64,000 nucleotides of DNA, from IMG/VR virus record IMGVR_UViG_3300022602_000024, positions 62,001 through 126,000 of that record, one strand, 5' to 3'. The notes under the pieces are model-generated. The model made no database searches. It worked only from the letters and a program-made list of their open reading frames with translations, and was not told the origin of the DNA. Made by a program: the position numbers and the translations under genes. Positions 47,040 through 56,172 of this stretch are shown piece after piece. Each line of letters opens with the position of its first letter. Within the stretch, counting starts at the first letter, position 1.

Positions 47040-47092
47040 ATTATACTACAGAACGCCAAATCCCACAAATACTGTGTTGTTTTTACGCAACA
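47040..47092 (-). promoter_or_regulatory. Promoter (TATAAT) with the palindromic box TGTTGCGTAAAAACAACA
   Basis: -10 at 47040-47045, box at 47075-47092. Confidence 0.6.
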
Positions 47093-47842
47093 TTAGCAAG
47101 AATACTCTTGTTGCAGTTTAACATTGTCAAAGAATTCCTTCTTTGTACCTGCATCATCCTTGAATGCGCCTTTAAGGACTGTGGTTTGTGTTAGACTGCT
47201 CTTGGCCATAATACCACGGTTTTCGCAACATCCATGAGTCATTTGCATATACACACCAATGTCCGATGCACCAGTGGCTGCACCTATTTCTTTAGCAATG
47301 TCATTACAAAGTTCCTCCTGGAGAGTACCACGTCGGGCACACCATTGGGCGATTCGGGAATACTTGCTGAGTCCAATGAGCTTTTCCGCGGCAATAATGC
47401 CAATATAAGCAACACCAGATACGGGTTGGTGATGATGGCTACACATACTGCGAAGCTCACTGCGCACAACCAACATACCTTCGTAGCGGTCTTGCGAATC
47501 ATTTGGGAATGCTGTTGCGTCGGGTGCTGAATCATATCTTCCACTCATTACTTCATTGATGTACATTTTTGCCAGGCGTTTGGCAGTACCTTTACTACTG
47601 GGATCTGTTTCGGTATCGATTAGCAAAGTCTTTAACACTTGCTCAAATGCCTCTGTTGCTTCTTCGATTAATTTTTCTCTAATAGCAGGACTATCTACAT
47701 ATTCGCTGATGTTGTCGTTGGCCCAGAATCTCTTGCCATCACGCCGCATTTTAAAACGTAATACATCTGCTAGCGTTGATTCTTCATAGCCGCCGTCACC
47801 GGCCATGGCGTCTAGTGCAGTTTCTTTTTTCTTTTTTGTCAA
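47093..47842 (-). CDS. folE: GTP cyclohydrolase I
   Basis: 'TAKRLAKMY', 'SMCSHHH', 'IGLSKYSRI', 'LQEEL', 'HGCCENRG'; TTG start with GGAG RBS. Confidence 0.93.
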   Translation of the reverse strand: MTKKKKETALDAMAGDGGYEESTLADVLRFKMRRDGKRFWANDNISEYVDSPAIREKLIEEATEAFEQVLKTLLIDTETDPSSKGTAKRLAKMYINEVMSGRYDSAPDATAFPNDSQDRYEGMLVVRSELRSMCSHHHQPVSGVAYIGIIAAEKLIGLSKYSRIAQWCARRGTLQEELCNDIAKEIGAATGASDIGVYMQMTHGCCENRGIMAKSSLTQTTVLKGAFKDDAGTKKEFFDNVKLQQEYSC

Positions 47843-47879
47843 TTTCGTTCTCCGAGTTATTTAAAAGTCGTGGATGACT

Positions 47880-48488
47880 TCATACTATGATTGTGATTTG
47901 TCTCAAATCTGGATAAGCAACAAATTCGGGTACTGGATTCAGCTCTTTGATACCCTCTAACAAAGCCAGTCCTTGTTCCGCTTCTTCGATAGTGGGTTTG
48001 TAATGATAGCCGACCTTAAAAGTCTGTTGGTTTTCCCAAGGACTAATAGTTAAGTCTCTACCATCATATCTTTGTTGCAAAATTGCGTGATACGCTTCTG
48101 CATCATCTAACAGTATAGCACCTCCACGACCTATGTGTAAAGGTTTTCCATGTCCAAAACTTAAACATTGTATTTGTTTTGGGCGATACATGTTGCGTTC
48201 AAGCCGGCGAGCACTGTCCCATATTCGTGTACCTTCGAACTTGTATTCACCGACCCATTGCTGTCTGTGTGGCAAAGTGTCTGGATAGTACTCATATTCA
48301 ATGCCCAACTTGTGCATCAGCATAGGAATACTCAAATAAGTAAAGGGCGTAAATGAGCATTGTTTAATTTGATCATACCGTAAGCATAACTCTATTGCGT
48401 GAGTACAACAATCAGTCATGATTGCATAAGGTGCTCCTGTAAACTCAGCTAGAGCACGTTCAAATTTTAAAATCTTATCAAAACTCAT
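47880..48488 (-). CDS. Short DegT-like PLP-dependent aminotransferase
   Basis: 'TDCCTHAIEL', 'WDSA', 'CLSFGHGKPL..GRGGAIL'; only about 200 aa. Confidence 0.7.
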   Translation of the reverse strand: MSFDKILKFERALAEFTGAPYAIMTDCCTHAIELCLRYDQIKQCSFTPFTYLSIPMLMHKLGIEYEYYPDTLPHRQQWVGEYKFEGTRIWDSARRLERNMYRPKQIQCLSFGHGKPLHIGRGGAILLDDAEAYHAILQQRYDGRDLTISPWENQQTFKVGYHYKPTIEEAEQGLALLEGIKELNPVPEFVAYPDLRQITIIV

Positions 48489-49450
48489 CTTGTATACCAC
48501 TTATAAGCACTATCTACAATAGTGTCAATGTCACTGTATTGGGGTTGCCATAGTAACACTTCTTTGGCCTTGGCTGCTGATGCCATCAATGTTGCAGGAT
48601 CCCCGGCACGCATGGGTCCAAATATGTAATCAAGTCCATATTTTCTTCTCACATATTCAGCTATTTCACGATTGCTAACACCAGTATTGGTACTGAGATT
48701 AAATCGATATGCCCCCGGTTGTGGATAGTCATCCAACAAGAAGCCCACTGCTTGAATATGTGCAGTGGCCAAGTCCCATACGTGTATGTAATCACGCACA
48801 CACGTACCGTCATCAGTGGAAAAATGTCCACCGTTGATCACAAACGGCTTTTTTGCAATGCTGGCTTCTAGTGCACGAGCAATGATGTGTGTAGCACCAG
48901 GTTCTTGCCCGAGATCATGTGTGAAGGGTTCTGCACCTGCGGCATTGAAGTACCTAAAGCAAACACTATGAATACCGTAGGCTCTACTGTAATCATTCAG
49001 TATGCGTTCAATCATGGCCTTGGTTTGGCCATAAGGACTGATTGGTTGTACTGGTGCATCTTCAGTAATAGGAAACGTTTCGGGTTCGCCGTAGACGCTG
49101 GCACTGCTACTGAACAAGATCACAGGCTTTTTAGGCATATCTTTGATCACATTCAGCATGGTGATAGTCTTGGCCACATTGTTGTCATAGTATTCACCGG
49201 GATCAGTGACACTGGGTCCAACAAGACTAGTGCCGGCACAATGCACAATCACGTCAGGTTCATACATGACCATGGCCGATAGAGCTACAGGACTGGCATA
49301 GTCATAAGCAATGAAACTGTCCATACCTTTCATGGTATGCACACGATATTCGCGATCTAATAGGATTACTTGATCGCCATGTTGCTTGAATGCTCTCGCA
49401 ACATGGCTACCAATATAACCACAACCACCAGTTACTAGTATTTTACGCAT
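48485..49450 (-). CDS. galE: UDP-glucose 4-epimerase
   Basis: 'TGGCGYIGSH', 'FSSSASVYG', 'PYGQTK', 'RYFNAAGA', 'DGTCVRDYIHV.DLA'. Confidence 0.88.
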   Translation of the reverse strand: MRKILVTGGCGYIGSHVARAFKQHGDQVILLDREYRVHTMKGMDSFIAYDYASPVALSAMVMYEPDVIVHCAGTSLVGPSVTDPGEYYDNNVAKTITMLNVIKDMPKKPVILFSSSASVYGEPETFPITEDAPVQPISPYGQTKAMIERILNDYSRAYGIHSVCFRYFNAAGAEPFTHDLGQEPGATHIIARALEASIAKKPFVINGGHFSTDDGTCVRDYIHVWDLATAHIQAVGFLLDDYPQPGAYRFNLSTNTGVSNREIAEYVRRKYGLDYIFGPMRAGDPATLMASAAKAKEVLLWQPQYSDIDTIVDSAYKWYTR

Positions 49451-49820
49451 CTTCTTTGGCTAATGTTACAACAATGTCAAGTCGCTCTTGGGCCAGTGCT
49501 ACAATTGCCTTGTATTCTTCTAATGCTCCGGCGACTGCTCGATTAGTTTTTGCTAATTCTTCTACTTCACGTTCCCGGGACATTTGTCGAACAACCCATT
49601 GAAATGCATCTTGTGCCTGCACTGGTGTCTCCACTGTTGCGTAACTCGCTGGTAAATTTGTCCAGCCATTACCATCGTTGACTTGAAAGTCACTGCCATT
49701 GAATCTAACTTGGCCAGCAATGCCTTGTTGCACTTTGTGGCTGTCAATGTACATTGACCCAGTGCCATATCCATTGTTGACAGTAAGCCAAGGGCTATTA
49801 CTACTAATACTTCTGATCAT
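49443..49820 (-). CDS. Hypothetical protein
   Basis: 125-aa ORF. Confidence 0.6.
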   Translation of the reverse strand: MIRSISSNSPWLTVNNGYGTGSMYIDSHKVQQGIAGQVRFNGSDFQVNDGNGWTNLPASYATVETPVQAQDAFQWVVRQMSREREVEELAKTNRAVAGALEEYKAIVALAQERLDIVVTLAKEDA

Positions 49821-50323
49821 TCATCTTCCTCGAAGTCAACAACGTTGCCGTCATCATCTGCACAAATAATGCGCACACGCTCGCCGGCTTCATTTTTGAT
49901 TTCAATCGGTCCCCAGATCCACCACTGTGTATCGCTTTGCATCCAGGGATCGTCCTCACGCTCTTCTAACTCATATGGACTGTTTTCATCTAGAAACTCT
50001 TCTAGCTCGGCTTCTTCGTCCTCGTCTAGATTGGCCATGGCTACATTGTACCAGCAACCACCATCAAACAGTTCAACAAGTTCAACATTTTCAATATTGT
50101 TAACTTCGCAGTCCAACATATCAATACTGTCTCGTTTACCATCTCCGCCGGGAACTTCTACAAATTCAAACTCTGGTGGGTTATTGTCTGTGGTTTCTAC
50201 TGTCCATTCACCGTAACGGTAACCGTTTCTAACAGTTACTATACCATCGCCTTGTTGTTGATGGTATGTTTCGACTTCTTCGCAAGATTTCTTGTAATAA
50301 GTGCTAACAGTCCATATGGCCAT
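49817..50323 (-). CDS. Very acidic hypothetical protein
   Basis: About 47 D/E in 168 aa by hand count. Confidence 0.7.
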   Translation of the reverse strand: MAIWTVSTYYKKSCEEVETYHQQQGDGIVTVRNGYRYGEWTVETTDNNPPEFEFVEVPGGDGKRDSIDMLDCEVNNIENVELVELFDGGCWYNVAMANLDEDEEAELEEFLDENSPYELEEREDDPWMQSDTQWWIWGPIEIKNEAGERVRIICADDDGNVVDFEEDE

Positions 50324-50325
50324 GA

Positions 50326-50538
50326 TCAGTCTCTTTCCATTTCTGCAGCTTCTCGGATCAGTTCAACCAATTGTTCAACGGTTTGCACCATGATCTTGGC
50401 AGTTTTCCAATCGTCATCTTTACGTCCGCCGATTTCAAACATAAAGCCATTGTCATACATATTGATGGTATAAGACTCATTGACTTTGTCTAGTTTATCG
50501 CTGATTTTATTTACTGCGATTGTTTTCTTTGTTGCCAT
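50326..50538 (-). CDS. Hypothetical protein
   Basis: 70-aa ORF. Confidence 0.65.
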   Translation of the reverse strand: MATKKTIAVNKISDKLDKVNESYTINMYDNGFMFEIGGRKDDDWKTAKIMVQTVEQLVELIREAAEMERD

Positions 50539-50540
50539 GA

Positions 50541-50771
50541 TTAAGCCTTTGCTTCTTTACGTGCGTTTTTAGTTTCAGTAATTTCGTTACGGCGTGCTTT
50601 AACTGCTTTGCCCAACTCTGCTAATGCTTTACGAGCACGAGTACCTGCAGCACTATTACCTGCTTCGAACTTGGCATGTTCTGCTTGATATACAGCCAAT
50701 GCTGACTCAATGTCTGCATGTGCGTTTGTTTTTTCCGCTACTGGAGTTGCTACTGTTTTTGATGTTGCCAT
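50541..50771 (-). CDS. Histone H1-like (Hc1/HctA N-domain) DNA-binding protein
   Basis: 'KFEAGNSAAGTRARKAL.EL.K..KARR.EI'. Confidence 0.7.
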   Translation of the reverse strand: MATSKTVATPVAEKTNAHADIESALAVYQAEHAKFEAGNSAAGTRARKALAELGKAVKARRNEITETKNARKEAKA

Positions 50772-50797
50772 TTTAATTTCCTTTAAGTGTTTAATGA

Positions 50798-51070
50798 TTA
50801 TATACTAATTTGCTGACTATCGCTAGTCTTTTTCTGACGTTTTGGCTTTACTGCTACCGTTTCTTTTGGTGCACAAACCTCACGTATTTCTCTACGCAGG
50901 GCTTCGTCGTCCCACTTGAGTTCTGTCTGCCCGTTTTCGTAACGGGTAACAGTCAAGTGACTGCCTACTGTTACCTTGGGCCATGATTCTTTCACAGCCT
51001 TTGGTTTTTTAACTGCGGGCTTTGCAACCTTTTCTACTACAGGTTCTTCTTTCTTTTTACGTGTTACCAT
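50798..51070 (-). CDS. Hypothetical basic protein
   Basis: 90-aa ORF. Confidence 0.6.
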   Translation of the reverse strand: MVTRKKKEEPVVEKVAKPAVKKPKAVKESWPKVTVGSHLTVTRYENGQTELKWDDEALRREIREVCAPKETVAVKPKRQKKTSDSQQISI

Positions 51071-51071
51071 A

Positions 51072-52250
51072 TCAATACTTGCTTTCGTGTGTGTGCTTAC
51101 GATAGTCTGTGCTCATACGCAACCATTTCTCGCCTGAACCTTCTAAGATATCAACGATGCGATCAATAGTACCATCAGTCCAGTTACTGATATCTCCAGT
51201 ATTATGATTCCACTTTAACAATGTTTTTAGTTTGTCCATTGCATCGGTTAACGACCAAGGTACATAAAGCCTATTATGATCATTGGCAAAAGTTTCTGGA
51301 AAACTTCTATAAGCAGGATAAAGAACATTACACCCAAGAGTGTCTGCTTCTGAGACTGTGTTAGATACCCAGTCTTGTAACGCACAATTAAACAATACAC
51401 GAGTATCATTAAGAAGATTGTAGTAGTCATTTTTCTCTAAGTCCTCATAAATTGTCAATAAGCCACGTTGTTGCAAGTCACGTGTACGTGCCATGTAACT
51501 GTCGTTATTGCTTTTTAACTTAGCACCACTGAAGATACAGAATTCTACTGGAATACTATTACCATATTGACGGTTCCATTCTTCAATCAAGTCCATAAAG
51601 AAGTCGGGTTGTTTCTCTTGATCCCAACGTGCCGCGAACCCTACCCGCATGGCACGTTGATCAAATGGCTTTAATTCGCCAGCAACACGACCACGTACTT
51701 CTGCTTTGCCAAATGCCAGACCGCTAATATTATAGATGGGTGCCTCCCAGCCGGCAATCTTCATGTGCATGACCATTTCTTCATTGCTGGCTAACACACC
51801 ATCAACAAATGAATCCACCATCTTTTCATACAAGCCCATCCACCGGCTCATGCCCCATACATGTACGAAATCATCCGGATCGATTGACTGAGCAAGACAG
51901 CGGACAAATATACGAGGACGCATATTAGCAGGAACTTGATTAAGAATGTACGGCAAGCTCTCAATACCGGGCTGAAACATGTCTTCAAAGTAAACAACAT
52001 CTTCATTGGTAACTTCTCCTGCTTTCATTTTAGCGACTAGATTCATCAACTGACTCATACCAAAGTATGTGCGACCATGTGCATCTAACACCTGTCCTGT
52101 TACAATGGCTTGATCATTGCTGAGTGTTTCACCTGTGACCAGTTCGTAGTTGATACCTCTACGTTTAAAGACTCTTTCATTCCAGTCTTGTAACTGTAGT
52201 GTATATCTTGCTTTATAGGGCTCCAAGCCCATGTACCATAGTTTTCTCAT
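51072..52250 (-). CDS. GT-B fold glycosyltransferase
   Basis: 'FAARWDQEKQP', 'FNCALQDWVSNTVSEADTLGCNVLYPAYRSFPE' (GT4-like C-terminal motif). Confidence 0.75.
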   Translation of the reverse strand: MRKLWYMGLEPYKARYTLQLQDWNERVFKRRGINYELVTGETLSNDQAIVTGQVLDAHGRTYFGMSQLMNLVAKMKAGEVTNEDVVYFEDMFQPGIESLPYILNQVPANMRPRIFVRCLAQSIDPDDFVHVWGMSRWMGLYEKMVDSFVDGVLASNEEMVMHMKIAGWEAPIYNISGLAFGKAEVRGRVAGELKPFDQRAMRVGFAARWDQEKQPDFFMDLIEEWNRQYGNSIPVEFCIFSGAKLKSNNDSYMARTRDLQQRGLLTIYEDLEKNDYYNLLNDTRVLFNCALQDWVSNTVSEADTLGCNVLYPAYRSFPETFANDHNRLYVPWSLTDAMDKLKTLLKWNHNTGDISNWTDGTIDRIVDILEGSGEKWLRMSTDYRKHTHESKY

Positions 52251-52615
52251 TGTTTCTCCACAAATGGCGCTAAGTTGGGTGGCGTCCATCCCACCGGTTT
52301 GAGGACCTTGCCATCTTCACGCTTGCGTACCTTGCCGTCGTTGCCAATTTTAGCAAAGTTGGTGGCCATGACTTCTTTCCAAGCACCTTCGGCATCAAAG
52401 CCTGCGCTATGAATAGCACCAATGGCAACAACTAGTATATCAATCAAGGCATCTAACATTTCTACGCGATCATCTTCATTATTAGCCACAAACAATTCAT
52501 TGTATTCTTCTTTGATAAGATTTAGATACAGTGCAAATTGTTCGTTGTTAAAACCTGCTACTGTTTGATCACAGGCACGCATGAACTTTTCTTGATCTCG
52601 AAAAGGATTGGTCAT
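52247..52615 (-). CDS. MazG/PRA-PH-like nucleotide pyrophosphohydrolase
   Basis: 'LIKEEYNEL...EMLDALIDILVV...EVMATNFAK...REDGKVLKP'. Confidence 0.8.
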   Translation of the reverse strand: MTNPFRDQEKFMRACDQTVAGFNNEQFALYLNLIKEEYNELFVANNEDDRVEMLDALIDILVVAIGAIHSAGFDAEGAWKEVMATNFAKIGNDGKVRKREDGKVLKPVGWTPPNLAPFVEKQ

Positions 52616-52887
52616 TATTGATCTCTGTTGAATCTGTAGTTAGTGTTGCGTGGTTGGAAGTCTTTGCGTTCACGTCTTGGAGTACGCCATTGATCCCAGG
52701 GCTCGCGACCTTTAAGCATTTTGATATACTCGCCATAAGGACTTGGAGCACGCTCATTGTATAGTGTTTTTTCATCAAACGGATATCCGTAATCCTGACA
52801 AAAACGTTGATAGTTTTCGAGGTCTTCGAAAATGTTTAAGACTTCGGGTTTCATGCGAAGATACTTCTTAAGCCATTCTTGGGCCAT
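52615..52887 (-). CDS. Hypothetical protein
   Basis: 90 aa, AAGGA RBS. Confidence 0.65.
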   Translation of the reverse strand: MAQEWLKKYLRMKPEVLNIFEDLENYQRFCQDYGYPFDEKTLYNERAPSPYGEYIKMLKGREPWDQWRTPRRERKDFQPRNTNYRFNRDQ

Positions 52888-52896
52888 GTTAGTTCC

Positions 52897-53340
52897 TTAA
52901 ATTACAATTGATTGTGCAGGACGGGTAAGGTTGTAGTTGATAACGCATCCGTTTTCGCCGTCCTCGGATACGTCAATAGTGACATTACGGTTAGGGTAAC
53001 GTGCGGCTATTTGTAGATATAAATCATCTGCGATCATTTCGCATGACTTATAGTCTAATGCTAGTATAGCATCTTTGTAGAGATTTTCCAACCAACGTTT
53101 AAATTGAATAAACTCAATGTCTCGATCGTTATGGAAAACATCAATACTGACACGAAAGTGAAAGATATGCCTGTGTGGCGTGCCGAGGAATGATACATCA
53201 TATTCATCGCCGGTTGCTAGCATGGGGTCAGTTGCGGCAGCAGGATAGCAGTGAATACCTTCTTTGGTAAAAGATACCCATATCTGTCTAGGTGCCGCAG
53301 TCATAATGCGATCAATGGTGTCTCTTTGTTCTTGATTCAT
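52897..53340 (-). CDS. QueD-like T-fold protein (LxxxHRHxF; DpdL-like)
   Basis: 'EGIHCYP', 'FLGTPHRHIFHF', 'DRDIEF', 'SCEMIA', 'VSEDGENG'. Confidence 0.7.
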   Translation of the reverse strand: MNQEQRDTIDRIMTAAPRQIWVSFTKEGIHCYPAAATDPMLATGDEYDVSFLGTPHRHIFHFRVSIDVFHNDRDIEFIQFKRWLENLYKDAILALDYKSCEMIADDLYLQIAARYPNRNVTIDVSEDGENGCVINYNLTRPAQSIVI

Positions 53341-53852
53341 TTGATTACTTCGTCTTTGGTGTATTGTGACCAGTCTGTAAATACCTTACGATCGCGCAGT
53401 TCGTGTAGACTGTGGCACCATACTCCGGGGTTTGTTGCGCGGAAATCTTTATCGTCTAACTTGATTGTAGCATTATATCCCAACAGTTGTATATAGGGCA
53501 ATTTAACCGAAATCATTGGGATAAAGTTATTGTAATCAGTTAGCCCACTTTCAGTTAGGCCCTCGACACAGGTACTGTCGATATCTAATGTACATAAGTA
53601 GCCTTTTTGTAATAGGGCTAGAATCATTTCTTCCCACGGCTGCCATCCTTGCGAATCATCAGTTGCCATTTTTGGAAAACTCATGTTGGCACCAAAATAG
53701 ATATGCTCACATTTAGTAGTGTGTGCCCATTCTTCAATTTTATCTACAGGTTGCACACCAACTACAAATAGTGTGCGTTTGCCCCGTGCTGGCGTATGTT
53801 CTACTTCAACACCAACAAAGAAATTGATGTCCTCGTGTCCTGCTCTAATCAT
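53337..53852 (-). CDS. Hypothetical protein between the TGT-like and QueD-like genes
   Basis: 171 aa, ATGA-coupled; 'GVEVEHTP', 'HIYFGANMSF', 'NPGVWCH'. Confidence 0.7.
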   Translation of the reverse strand: MIRAGHEDINFFVGVEVEHTPARGKRTLFVVGVQPVDKIEEWAHTTKCEHIYFGANMSFPKMATDDSQGWQPWEEMILALLQKGYLCTLDIDSTCVEGLTESGLTDYNNFIPMISVKLPYIQLLGYNATIKLDDKDFRATNPGVWCHSLHELRDRKVFTDWSQYTKDEVIK

Positions 53853-54037
53853 TTCGTGCTCTTAGATAGTTGATCAGCCTTTAGTTTAACAATATCTTCT
53901 TTAATATGCAACCGTTGTTTCTTCAATTTAGTAAGATGTTCGTCACTGAACACACCATTTCGTTCCATACCATCAATCTTTTTATCTAGTGTGGCGTGTT
54001 CTTTTTCTAAATGCTTAATACGTGCTTCAATTGTCAT
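53849..54037 (-). CDS. DUF465/YdcH-like small coiled-coil protein
   Basis: 'HLEKEHATLDKKI...LKKQRLHIKEDI'. Confidence 0.7.
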   Translation of the reverse strand: MTIEARIKHLEKEHATLDKKIDGMERNGVFSDEHLTKLKKQRLHIKEDIVKLKADQLSKSTK

Positions 54038-55562
54038 TGCTAATCTCCAAGGTATCTAGTTTTGATTCATCTAATTCTGGTTCTACATCTTCAACGATTT
54101 CAAATAGTTCATCAAACATGGCATTGCCGTTGATGGCCTTTTTACCTTTGAATCCACGAGTACCAATAATCTCTGTCCAGTATGTACTGTATTTTTCGAT
54201 GATAGCCATACTCTTGGCTTTTGTGGGTGCTGAAAAGATTTCTTCTACTAAATCTTCAAAGTATTCACCGCCAGGTCCTGAACTACGCATCATAGCAGGA
54301 TGCTCGCCAGCATCAAATCTACGATTGGCTTCTTGAACCGCAGTCAAGTGCATCCATACATTGTGTCCCATAAGCAGAGCATAACTAAAACTATCCCAAC
54401 TAGTCTTGCCTTCTTTGCCATTTTTATTTAGATCGCCAGGCTTGTAGATACAAATATCTTTCATTTGGAACAAGTCACTCAAGGGACTGTCTTCCCAACG
54501 TGGGTAAATGCCATCTGCAACTACACCCTGCGACCATTTACGTGTATCAGTGGCATACTTCTTGTCATCTGCACTTGGAGCCATTCTATAACTCCACTTG
54601 CCGTTGTCGGGAAATGCATTTTCAAAGTAAACTTGTCCGTTGGCAGTGGCAAGGAATGGACTGGCACAATCAAAAGATATAGTAAATGCGGGGTTAGCGT
54701 ATTTTCTTACATTCCTTTGAATCACGGTGAGTAGCACAGCCCATTCCAACTTTGATGTGCCCAAGAAGTGCATCCAATCGTGCACACCTTCTTGTAGCAA
54801 GCCATCGTATTTCAATGTAATCAAGCGTTTCAGTACCAAGTGAACATCGCACATGTTTTGTCCACCCATGGACCACCCATTAAAATGTGTATCAGGATAG
54901 ATATTAGGATCACAATACTGCTTCATCATGTCATACCAACGATCAGCATCCTTGTGATTGGCGCCTTGCAACACATTAAGAATCTTCATACCGCCGTTCT
55001 TAACGCCTTTACGGTTGTTCATCCAATATTCGTTGTTGTATTTGGTCGCATCAACTGCTTCTTGTAATGTGCTGATACCGCATTTGGCACCTGCAGCCTT
55101 ATCATGAATAACCCATGTAGGGATATCCAAGGTCATTCCATAGTCAGCTATGCCGTCCAGCCACTTGAGCACTGCCTCACGACGTGCTTGGGCCTTCGGG
55201 CATCCTGAACCAGCCTTCCAGTCGCCTTCCCATAATCCTTTGGCAATCTGGAATCCACCAGAGTCGCCTAGGATTAGTGTGTTGGGATCGCGATTTCGAA
55301 CCATGTCCTCTGACCAATCTTGCTTGGTAAGGTCTAGGTTAGCATGGCCGCCGGAGTAAAGCGACCATCGATATGGGAACAAGGCTTTCTGGGCATTAAG
55401 CCAATTCAGCTGTTCCATATCTGTCAAACCCTGCGGAAAACGTGCAGGGTCCACATATTGTTCGTTGCGTTGTTTGCCTACAAACGTAGCGTAAAAACCG
55501 CTGATAGCCGGAAGGAATACTGCATAATCCTTCTGCTTTGCGGTTAAATTATCTTGTGCCAT
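54027..55562 (-). CDS. TGT/DpdA-family guanine transglycosylase
   Basis: 'GDSGGFQI', 'MTLDIP', 'NVLQG', 'GWSMGG', 'HFLG', 'SFDCASP'; no C-terminal CxCxxC zinc site seen. Confidence 0.8.
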   Translation of the reverse strand: MAQDNLTAKQKDYAVFLPAISGFYATFVGKQRNEQYVDPARFPQGLTDMEQLNWLNAQKALFPYRWSLYSGGHANLDLTKQDWSEDMVRNRDPNTLILGDSGGFQIAKGLWEGDWKAGSGCPKAQARREAVLKWLDGIADYGMTLDIPTWVIHDKAAGAKCGISTLQEAVDATKYNNEYWMNNRKGVKNGGMKILNVLQGANHKDADRWYDMMKQYCDPNIYPDTHFNGWSMGGQNMCDVHLVLKRLITLKYDGLLQEGVHDWMHFLGTSKLEWAVLLTVIQRNVRKYANPAFTISFDCASPFLATANGQVYFENAFPDNGKWSYRMAPSADDKKYATDTRKWSQGVVADGIYPRWEDSPLSDLFQMKDICIYKPGDLNKNGKEGKTSWDSFSYALLMGHNVWMHLTAVQEANRRFDAGEHPAMMRSSGPGGEYFEDLVEEIFSAPTKAKSMAIIEKYSTYWTEIIGTRGFKGKKAINGNAMFDELFEIVEDVEPELDESKLDTLEISNDN

Positions 55563-56172
55563 AAAATTGTACTTGCTCTATTAGTTCGTAGTCTTGTTTA
55601 AAGTATTCTTTGACTTGATATAAGTATTTAGAATTGTTCAGTTGTTCTGTAAAAATTTCTTTGAATCTTTTTCTTTCAGGGCTAGCATCACTGACATGTT
55701 GATAATCATATTTGTTGTATCTATTGGTCATGCCTTGTGAGTTTAAAAATTGACTGAACTGTTCTCTATAGTCAGGACCGCATTTAAAAAATACGCATCT
55801 AGTTAAATCTATATTGTCTATAAAGTATACTTGTTTTTCTGTATGGTCGTCAAATGCAATCTTATCAAACACTAGATCAAAGAACGCACGTCCAGCAAAA
55901 GCAAAATCTATATTTTGGTGATATAGATACATATATTCTGCAATACCACTGATCCACCGTTCAATCGGATCTCGTAACACTATTAAAGGTGTTTTTGTTG
56001 ATACATCGTCGGTGTAATAGTTATAAAATTCCCACCCCCAATCCTTTAGATTGGGTTTTGTCCAGGAACTGGCATTTTTTGGAATGTGTACATACATTAA
56101 ATTAGTATGTGGAGAAGTCATGCACTCTCCAAATACATGTCCTCTATTCTGATAGTAATCAATAAACTTCAT
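55549..56172 (-). CDS. Sulfotransferase-like protein
   Basis: 'YVHIPKNASSW' (5'-PSB loop), 'LRDPIERWISG' (3'-PB), 'YFKQDYEL'. Confidence 0.65.
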   Translation of the reverse strand: MKFIDYYQNRGHVFGECMTSPHTNLMYVHIPKNASSWTKPNLKDWGWEFYNYYTDDVSTKTPLIVLRDPIERWISGIAEYMYLYHQNIDFAFAGRAFFDLVFDKIAFDDHTEKQVYFIDNIDLTRCVFFKCGPDYREQFSQFLNSQGMTNRYNKYDYQHVSDASPERKRFKEIFTEQLNNSKYLYQVKEYFKQDYELIEQVQFYGTR

